Below, piece after piece: positions 57,516 through 64,000 of a DNA stretch of 64,000 bases; position 1 is the stretch's first letter; each line of letters opens with the position of its first letter. The stretch lies in contig CBDBHB010000006.1 of NCBI GenBank assembly GCA_965205505.1, positions 416,001 to 480,000 on the forward strand, read 5' to 3'. The notes below the pieces were generated by a model. The model was given only the letters and a program-made list of their open reading frames with translations. It did not search any database and was not told the DNA's origin. The stretch is from Acidobacteriota bacterium (GTDB lineage Bacteria > Acidobacteriota > UBA890 > WLXD01). Both the position numbers and the translations under genes were made by a program.

Positions 57516-59336
57516 CTAATCCAGATCGTAAATGTCGCGCCAGTCCACATCGTCACCGAGCGGCGGCTGGTCGGACTTCATCAGGATGCAATCTTGCAGG
57601 ACGAGCACGTCCATTTCCGTTCGCATGAAGCAGAGATAGGCATCCTCGGGGGTGCATACGATCGGCTCGCCGCGAACGTTGAACGACGTGTTGACTATGA
57701 TGCCGTAGCCGGTGCGCTCCTTGAACGCTTCGATCAGCCGGCGATACTGCGGATGATCACGCGCATCGACCGTCTGCACACGGGCAGAGTAGTCGACGTG
57801 TGTCACCGCTGGGATGTCGGAACGCGGTACGTTCAACTTGCTGATACCGAATAATCGTGCCTGCTCCTCGGTCATCGCGACCCGACGCTCCTCTCGCACC
57901 GGGGCAACCAGCAACATGTAGGGCGATGGCCGATCGAGGTCGAAGTACTCCGAAACGTCTTCGACCAGGCAGCTGGGTGCGAACGGGCGGAACGACTCGC
58001 GGTACTTGATCTTGAGGTTGAGCTTGCGCTGCATTTCCCGATCGCGGGAGTCGCCGATGATGCTTCGCGCGCCCAGCGCGCGCGGCCCGAACTCCATGCG
58101 TCCGCTGAACCAGCCGACCACGTTTCCCTTAGACAGCGAGTCAGCGGTGACATCGGGGATGGTCGTCTCGGTGTGACGCTCGTAGGGGTAGCGCTGCTCG
58201 AGAAGCCACTGTTCGATCTCGTCACCGCTCCACGACGGCCCCAGGTAGGACCCGCTCTGCAGATCGCGTCCATCGGCAGCGGTGTAGCGCGGCACGGCGT
58301 GAACCTGGTGGGCTACGAAGAGCGCCGCGCCCAAGGCGCCGCCGGCGTCGCCTGCCGCGGGCTGGATCCAGACATCGTCGAAGATGCCGGCTCGCAGGAT
58401 CTTACCGTTGGCGACGCAGTTCAAAGCCACGCCGCCGGCCATGACCAGATTACGCTCACCAGTCTGTGTGCGGACGTGCCTGGCCATCCGCAGCATCACC
58501 TCCTCACAAACCTCCTGGACCGACCGCGCCAGGTCCATCTCGCGCTGAGTGAGCTCACTCTCTGGCTGCCGCGGAGGCGCGCCGAACAGCTCGTGGAACG
58601 CCTCCGAGGTCATGGTCAGACCCTGGCAGTAGTTGAAGTACTTCATGTCGAGCCGAAAGGAACCGTCTGCACGCAGATCCATCAGCTCGTCGAGGATCAA
58701 GTCTACGTACTTGGGCTCGCCGTACGGTGCGAGGCCCATGACCTTGTACTCACCGGAGTTCACTCGGAAGCCGGTGTAGTAGGTGAACGCGGTGTACAGC
58801 AGGCCCAGGCTGTGCGGGAACCTGAGCTCGGCGGCAAGCTCGATGCTGTTGTCTACCCCAGCGCCCCAGGAGGCGGTCGCCCACTCGCCTACCCCGTCGA
58901 TCGTGAGGATCGCAGCCGACTCGAAAGGCGAGGGGAAGAACGCCGAGGCGGCGTGTGACTGGTGATGCTCCGGGTAGAGCATATCGCCCTCGAAACCCGT
59001 CTCCCGGGCGATCAGCTCTCCCATCCAGAGCTTCTGCTTGAGCCAGAGCGGCATGGCCTTCAGAAACGAGTTGAGGCCCTGCGGGGCGAATGCTAGGTAG
59101 GTCTCCAGGAGACGCTCGAACTTGGCCCACGGCTTGTCATAGAAGGCGACCGCGTCGAGATCCGACGCCTCGATATCGCCGGTTCTCAGACAGTACTCGA
59201 CAGCGTGGGCGGGAAAACGGAAGTCGTGCTTCTTGCGCGTGAAGCGTTCCTCTTGGGCCGCCGCCACGATGGTGTCGTCGCGCACCAAGCACGCCGCGGA
59301 GTCGTGGTAGAAAGCCGAGATCCCGAGGATGTTCAT
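57516..59336 (-). CDS. NodU/CmcH-family O-carbamoyltransferase
   Basis: GISAFYHDSAA, HHQSHAASAF, GEYKVMGLAPYG, FGPRALG and NTSFN motifs. Confidence 0.95.
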   Translation of the reverse strand: MNILGISAFYHDSAACLVRDDTIVAAAQEERFTRKKHDFRFPAHAVEYCLRTGDIEASDLDAVAFYDKPWAKFERLLETYLAFAPQGLNSFLKAMPLWLKQKLWMGELIARETGFEGDMLYPEHHQSHAASAFFPSPFESAAILTIDGVGEWATASWGAGVDNSIELAAELRFPHSLGLLYTAFTYYTGFRVNSGEYKVMGLAPYGEPKYVDLILDELMDLRADGSFRLDMKYFNYCQGLTMTSEAFHELFGAPPRQPESELTQREMDLARSVQEVCEEVMLRMARHVRTQTGERNLVMAGGVALNCVANGKILRAGIFDDVWIQPAAGDAGGALGAALFVAHQVHAVPRYTAADGRDLQSGSYLGPSWSGDEIEQWLLEQRYPYERHTETTIPDVTADSLSKGNVVGWFSGRMEFGPRALGARSIIGDSRDREMQRKLNLKIKYRESFRPFAPSCLVEDVSEYFDLDRPSPYMLLVAPVREERRVAMTEEQARLFGISKLNVPRSDIPAVTHVDYSARVQTVDARDHPQYRRLIEAFKERTGYGIIVNTSFNVRGEPIVCTPEDAYLCFMRTEMDVLVLQDCILMKSDQPPLGDDVDWRDIYDLD

Positions 59337-59412
59337 CGCGGCACCGTCCACCCTGCGATCAGCGGCCGGTGCAACCGAACCACGGCCTGCTAGGAGCACT
59401 TCGCTTCGCCGC

Positions 59413-59985
59413 TCAGGCGTCCTCGTTTTCGGAGGGAGCTTCGTCGTCGGTCACGTTGTCCTCGTCGTCGTCGGAATCGACTGGCTCGACTACCTCGTCG
59501 GCTGCGTCGCCCGGAGCGGACTCCACGGCCGCGCCATCCTCACTGGAGACGATCACACGCACCGCCGCCGCGACGCCGTGCGCCAGCGACAGCGGCACAT
59601 CGTACTCGCCGAGATGCTTGATCGGCTGCTCGAGATGGATCTCGCCTCTTTGGATCGTGAAGCCCCGCTCCCCCAGATCGTCGCCGATATCGGCGACGCT
59701 CACCGACCCGTAGAGCGTTCCCGCACCAACGTCGGCCACCTTGCGCCTGAAGCTCAGCGACACGTCGGCCAGCGACTTGGCGATGATCTCGGCCTGGGCA
59801 CGCTTCTCGGCAGCCTCGGCGCGAAGTCGCGTGAGCTCATGGTCGATCGAGCGAAGGTTGGCCTCGGTAGCGCGAATGGCCAGTTGCTGCGGTAGAAGGT
59901 AGTTGCGTGCGTAGCCTTTCTTGACTTCTACGAGGTCACCTGGCTCGCCCAGGTGGGTGACGCTCGCTCTCAAAATCAGCTTCAT
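59413..59985 (-). CDS. rplI: 50S ribosomal protein L9 with acidic tail
   Basis: VKKGYARNYLLP, LYGSV and PIKHLG motifs. Confidence 0.95.
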   Translation of the reverse strand: MKLILRASVTHLGEPGDLVEVKKGYARNYLLPQQLAIRATEANLRSIDHELTRLRAEAAEKRAQAEIIAKSLADVSLSFRRKVADVGAGTLYGSVSVADIGDDLGERGFTIQRGEIHLEQPIKHLGEYDVPLSLAHGVAAAVRVIVSSEDGAAVESAPGDAADEVVEPVDSDDDEDNVTDDEAPSENEDA

Positions 59986-60043
59986 GGTCGTGTCCTCGAT
60001 GAGTCCGACACCCGGCAGTCATGTGGCACGGGTGTCGGCCGCC

Positions 60044-60268
60044 TCACTCAGAGACGTACGGCAACAGTGCCATATAGCGCGCGCGCTTCACGGCGCCGCT
60101 CAGCATGCGCTGATGGCGGGCAGAGTTGCCGTTCGTTCGACGCGGAATGATCTTGCCGCGGGGGTCGATGTACTGCCTCAGCAGCTCGACGTCTTTGTAG
60201 TCGACGTATTGAGCGTTCGACTTGGTGAGCTTGCTGACCTTCTTGCGGCGGGGACGAAAGGAGCGCAT
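60044..60268 (-). CDS. rpsR: 30S ribosomal protein S18 (no CxxC)
   Basis: VDYKD, GKIIPRR and KRARYMALLPY motifs. Confidence 0.95.
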   Translation of the reverse strand: MRSFRPRRKKVSKLTKSNAQYVDYKDVELLRQYIDPRGKIIPRRTNGNSARHQRMLSGAVKRARYMALLPYVSE

Positions 60269-60271
60269 CGC

Positions 60272-61102
60272 TCAGTCCTCCTTCCGAGGTTCGCCTTCGG
60301 CGACGCCATCGGAGCTGTCATCAGCCGGCGGCGTTTCGCCTGCCGGCTCGTCGTCGGAATCATCGTCGGCCGAGTCGTCGTCAACCACCACTGCCTCGTC
60401 AGCGGAAGCCGTGTCATCGCCGCCGAGTGCAACAGTCTCGTCAGTCGGAGCCGTGTCATTGTCGTCGATTGCGACAGTCTCGTCAGCCGAAGCCGTGTCG
60501 TCGTCGATTGCGACAGTCTCGTCAGCCGAGGCCGTGTCGTCGTCGATCGCGACAGTCTCGTCAGCCGAAGCCGTGTCGTCGTCGATCGCGACAGTCTCGT
60601 CAGCCGAAGCCGCGTCGTCATCGATTGCGACGGTCTCGTCAGCCGAAGCCGTGTCATCAGTCTCCGCCAACTCATCGCGCTCCGACACCGACGTTTCCGC
60701 CTCGGCGCGCTTCGCTGCGGCGCGCTGATCGGCTGCTTCCATCTGCGCCTTGGCCAACTCTTCATCTACCGGGCCCCGCTCAGCGAGCGCCTGCCGCGCA
60801 GCTGTCTCTTGCACATCGCTCAGACGGACCGCCATCTCCCGAAGGATCGATTCGCGGATCTTGGTGTAGGCGCGGAACTCGCCCGGCAGCGTCGCGGGTC
60901 CCGTCGCGTAGATCAGCAGGTAGACGCCTTCGGTGTGCTTGCCGATGGGGTACGCAAGCTTGCGGCGGCCCCACCTGTTGACGTCGATGACCTCGCCACC
61001 GGACGCGGCGAGCTGCTGTCGTAGCCCGCCGATGACCGCGTCGATTCCCTCGTCAGTTTCATCGGGAGACGCGATCACCAGGATCTCGTACAGGTTATTC
61101 AT
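60272..61102 (-). CDS. rpsF: 30S ribosomal protein S6 with long acidic repeat extension
   Basis: YEILVI and WGRRKLAYPI motifs; GAGGAG RBS. Confidence 0.93.
   Translation of the reverse strand: MNNLYEILVIASPDETDEGIDAVIGGLRQQLAASGGEVIDVNRWGRRKLAYPIGKHTEGVYLLIYATGPATLPGEFRAYTKIRESILREMAVRLSDVQETAARQALAERGPVDEELAKAQMEAADQRAAAKRAEAETSVSERDELAETDDTASADETVAIDDDAASADETVAIDDDTASADETVAIDDDTASADETVAIDDDTASADETVAIDDNDTAPTDETVALGGDDTASADEAVVVDDDSADDDSDDEPAGETPPADDSSDGVAEGEPRKED
60375..60660 (-). repeat. 39-bp coding tandem repeat, about 7 units (TASADETVAIDDD)
   Basis: Five near-identical units plus two degenerate ones. Confidence 0.9.
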
Positions 61103-61105
61103 GTT

Positions 61106-61142
61106 CTCCTCTCGGACAAATGGCCCCCGGAGGGGCGAGGAG
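61106..61142 (-). promoter_or_regulatory. S6:S18 ribosomal leader (rpsF 5' UTR structure)
   Basis: CUCCUC pairs with the SD GAGGAG and encloses a GCCCC/GGGGC hairpin plus an unpaired CCG, as in the described motif. Confidence 0.65.
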
Positions 61143-61180
61143 CGCACGCTCGGAGTGCCCGTTGTGCAGGGGAACTCCTC

Positions 61181-63232
61181 TCACACCAGAAGCGGCGCGA
61201 TGACGAGCGATACGACAGACATCAACTTTATCAAGATGTTCATGGACGGGCCACTCGTGTCCTTGAACGGATCGCCGACGGTATCACCGACGACGGCCGC
61301 CTTGTGGGCATCGGAGCCCTTGCCGCCGTGGTGGCCCTCCTCGATGTACTTCTTGGCGTTGTCCCACGCGCCGCCGCCGTTGGACATCATCAGCGCCAAC
61401 AACACACCGACGACGGTCGCGCCCGCCAGCATTCCGCCGAGCGCCTCCGGGCCGAGGCCGAAGCCGACAACCACGGGCGCAATCACTGCGAGTAGCCCTG
61501 GCAGCACCATTTGCCTGAGCGCCGCATCCGCGGCGATCGACACACAGCGGGCCGGGTCCGGTTTCCCGGTGCCCTCCATGATCCCGGGAATCTCGCGGAA
61601 CTGACGGCGAATCTCCTCCACCAGCTCACCGGCCGCTCGGCCGACGGCGGTCATCGTCAGGCCCGCTGCCAGATAGGGCACCACACCGCCGATCAGCATC
61701 CCGACGACCACGTGGGGGTTAGTGAGCAGGATGACAAGCCCGCCCGGCTCACCAGCCTGGCGCATGGCATCGGACACCGACTGTGCATAGGCGGCGAACA
61801 AGGCCAGGGCGGTGAGCGCCGCCGACCCGATGGCGAACCCCTTGCCGATTGCGGCGGTGGTATTGCCCACGGAGTCGAGACTGTCGGTGATCTTGCGCAC
61901 CTCCGGCCCCAGACCCGCCATTTCGGAGATGCCTCCGGCATTGTCCGCGACGGGTCCGTAGGCATCGACGCTCATGGTGATACCTACCGTCGCCAACATG
62001 CCCACCGCAGCGATACCGATTCCGTACAGACCCGCAGACTCGAATGCGAAGTAGATCGCAGCGCAGATAGCCAGCACTGGCAGCGCCGTCGATTCGAAAC
62101 CCACCGCCAGGCCGTTGATGATGTTGGTGGCCGCGCCGGTCTCCGACGACGCCGCAATTCGGCGCACCGGGGCCGCCGACGTGTAGTACTCGGTGATGAA
62201 AGAGATCAACAGCCCTACCCCCGCTCCCCAGAAGATCGCCGACCAGATGCCGTTGGCCACCGGGATAGCATCGATATAGAGGTAAGCGATACCGACGAAC
62301 AGCGCGGCGGCGATGATCGTCGCCCAGCGCAGCGCGGCTGCCGCGTCGAAACGCTTCAGGATCGCCATCGACGCGATCCCCAGCAGGGAGCAGATGAGGC
62401 CCAGGAACGCGAGCATCAGCGGCAGGCTCATCAACCAGCTCTTGACCTGCGCCGCCTCGATCATCGGGTCGGCGGCCATGGCGATCAGTTCCTCGCCGAA
62501 AAGCGTCGCGCCGATGGCGATAGTGGCGATAATCGAACCCACGTACGATTCGAAAATGTCAGCACCCATTCCGGCGACATCGCCAACGTTGTCGCCGACA
62601 TTGTCGGCGATCACACCGGGATTGCGTGGGTCATCCTCGGGTATACCAGCTTCGACCTTGCCCACCAGGTCCGCACCAACGTCGGCGGCCTTCGTGTAGA
62701 TTCCGCCGCCGACACGGGCGAACAGCGCGATGGAGGAGGCTCCCATCGCGAACCCGTTGATCACATGGGCAGTGTCGGGGCTGCCATACCAGAGATACCA
62801 AACGCCGACGCCGATTAGCCCGAGACTGGCGACCGACAACCCCATGACCGAGCCGCCCAGAAACGCCACCATCAGCGCGGCATCGCGGCCCTCGTTCTTC
62901 GCCGCCGCTGCGGTACGCACGTTGGCCATGGTTGCCGACGTCATGCCGGCGAAACCGGCAGCGATCGAACAGGCCGCACCGGTAATAAACGCGGCGGAGG
63001 TCGGGGTCGACACGAAGTAGCCGAGCAAGACAGCAACGATGGCAATGAAAATAGCCAGCAGGGTGTATTCGCGGCGCAAGAACACCATCGCGCCGTCGTG
63101 GACCTGGGCGGCGATCTCGGCCATCTGATCGGTGCCGACATCGCGACGTCGAATGACCATGAGAATGACCAAGGCGATTACCAGGCCAATTCCGCCCAGT
63201 ACGGGAACCGCCTCGATGGGGATGTTGCTCAT
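61181..63232 (-). CDS. hppA: Membrane-bound pyrophosphatase, K+-dependent, probably Na+-pumping
   Basis: [34 protein letters not shown] (K+-dependent) and DIFESY motifs. Confidence 0.95.
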   Translation of the reverse strand: MSNIPIEAVPVLGGIGLVIALVILMVIRRRDVGTDQMAEIAAQVHDGAMVFLRREYTLLAIFIAIVAVLLGYFVSTPTSAAFITGAACSIAAGFAGMTSATMANVRTAAAAKNEGRDAALMVAFLGGSVMGLSVASLGLIGVGVWYLWYGSPDTAHVINGFAMGASSIALFARVGGGIYTKAADVGADLVGKVEAGIPEDDPRNPGVIADNVGDNVGDVAGMGADIFESYVGSIIATIAIGATLFGEELIAMAADPMIEAAQVKSWLMSLPLMLAFLGLICSLLGIASMAILKRFDAAAALRWATIIAAALFVGIAYLYIDAIPVANGIWSAIFWGAGVGLLISFITEYYTSAAPVRRIAASSETGAATNIINGLAVGFESTALPVLAICAAIYFAFESAGLYGIGIAAVGMLATVGITMSVDAYGPVADNAGGISEMAGLGPEVRKITDSLDSVGNTTAAIGKGFAIGSAALTALALFAAYAQSVSDAMRQAGEPGGLVILLTNPHVVVGMLIGGVVPYLAAGLTMTAVGRAAGELVEEIRRQFREIPGIMEGTGKPDPARCVSIAADAALRQMVLPGLLAVIAPVVVGFGLGPEALGGMLAGATVVGVLLALMMSNGGGAWDNAKKYIEEGHHGGKGSDAHKAAVVGDTVGDPFKDTSGPSMNILIKLMSVVSLVIAPLLV

Positions 63233-63245
63233 GCTCTTACTCCAG

Positions 63246-63848
63246 TTAATCGGGAGTCTCTTGCGGATTCGTTGTCTCGGTTTTCGGTCGCTGATTGTAC
63301 GTGTTCATCGCGGCGCTCAGACCCCGCCGGAGGATCATCCGCACCGCCGCGACGGCACGGTCGAGCATCTCGTTGAGCGCCGCCAGCTCGGTCTCGTCGA
63401 ACGCCTCGAGAACGTATCCGGCAGTGTCGCGTCCGCGACCTTGGCCCCGCACGCCGAGCCGGAGTCGTGGTACTTGCTGCGTCCCGAGCTCCTCAAGCAC
63501 GGATTTCAGACCACGGTGACCGGCGTCGCCACCCGCGGGTCGGAGACGAAGCACGCCCAAAGGCAAATCGATTTCGTCGTACGCCACGAGTAGGTCGCCG
63601 GGATCGATAGACAAGCTCCGACAAGCGTAGGAGACTCCCACGCCGCTGTTGTTCATGAACGACAGCGGACGCATCAGCCAGAGCGCTGCCGGTCCCAGCT
63701 TGACACGCTCGAGTTGCACCGATTCTTTCTGTCGTGTCTCGATGACCTTGCCGGCGGCACGCAGACGGTCAAGGAGCATCCAGCCAGCGTTGTGACGCGT
63801 GGAGACATACTCGCTCCGGGGGTTTCCGAGCCCGGCTAGAGCGCGCAT
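63246..63848 (-). CDS. pth: Peptidyl-tRNA hydrolase
   Basis: GLGNP, TRHNAGW, FMNNSG, DEIDLP and RLRLGV motifs. Confidence 0.93.
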   Translation of the reverse strand: MRALAGLGNPRSEYVSTRHNAGWMLLDRLRAAGKVIETRQKESVQLERVKLGPAALWLMRPLSFMNNSGVGVSYACRSLSIDPGDLLVAYDEIDLPLGVLRLRPAGGDAGHRGLKSVLEELGTQQVPRLRLGVRGQGRGRDTAGYVLEAFDETELAALNEMLDRAVAAVRMILRRGLSAAMNTYNQRPKTETTNPQETPD

Positions 63849-63857
63849 TCGGCGAGT

Positions 63858-64000
63858 CTACTCGTCGTTCTCGGATTCCTCCTCGTCCTCGTGGCCAATG
63901 AGCTCTGGCTCTTCTAGGGTCGCAAGCAAATCCTCGTCTTCCTCTACAACCTCATCCTCAATCGCGACCGTCGGCGGGGCAATGGTTAGCACCGTCTGAT
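63858..64000 (-). CDS. rplY: 50S ribosomal protein L25/Ctc C-terminus (partial)
   Basis: QTVLTIAPP..EEPELIG..acidic tail directly upstream of pth, matching the conserved gene order. Confidence 0.75.
   Translation of the reverse strand, partial: QTVLTIAPPTVAIEDEVVEEDEDLLATLEEPELIGHEDEEESENDE

Noticed and set aside
56876-59336. Saxitoxin gene cluster
   Set aside because: Only the widespread sxtIJK-like trio is present; no sxtA, sxtG or sxtB
60375-60660. CRISPR array
   Set aside because: The repeats are contiguous, in frame and lack unique spacers; no cas genes
63246-63848. Inactive Pth because GHNG reads GHRG
   Set aside because: The other catalytic residues (N, H, N, D) are intact and a single substitution is insufficient evidence
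1-64000. Many long overlapping or antisense ORFs in the track (e.g. 2653-3831, 4750-6030, 9821-11032, 48691-50004, 61511-62818)
   Set aside because: They are Arg/Gly/Pro-rich shadow frames of well-supported genes, expected at high GC, with no recognisable motifs

Overview
GC-rich bacterial chromosomal window. It is probably Acidobacteriota, because it carries an ADOP-type duplicated permease and an Acidobacteria-style Ser/Thr kinase remnant; this assignment is an inference. The left part is accessory: an FG-GAP repeat protein, an AAC(6')-like GNAT, amidohydrolases, an S9 peptidase and several gene remnants. It also holds an IS1111-type (IS110 family) element inserted in the end of a ~278-bp palindromic CTAG-bounded element, and a second family member lies at 52.2 kb. 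The middle has a reordered cytochrome c oxidase operon (I-III-IV-x-y-II) whose subunit I lacks the K-channel lysine. It is followed by an apbE-doxX-Gfo/Idh/MocA-MFS-Gfo-DUF1080 plus TIM-barrel sugar redox locus, a GATase/5'-3' exonuclease fusion and a long coiled-coil protein. A surface-glycan locus with an ACP/AMP-ligase/LuxE/LuxC acyl module follows. The right part is housekeeping on the minus strand (rplY, pth, hppA, rpsF, rpsR, rplI, carbamoyltransferase trio, dnaB, alr, mlaEF, mlaD, rmlD, hsp20), with rmlC on the plus strand. No rRNA, tRNA or CRISPR array was seen. All calls come from motif recognition by eye, without database searches.
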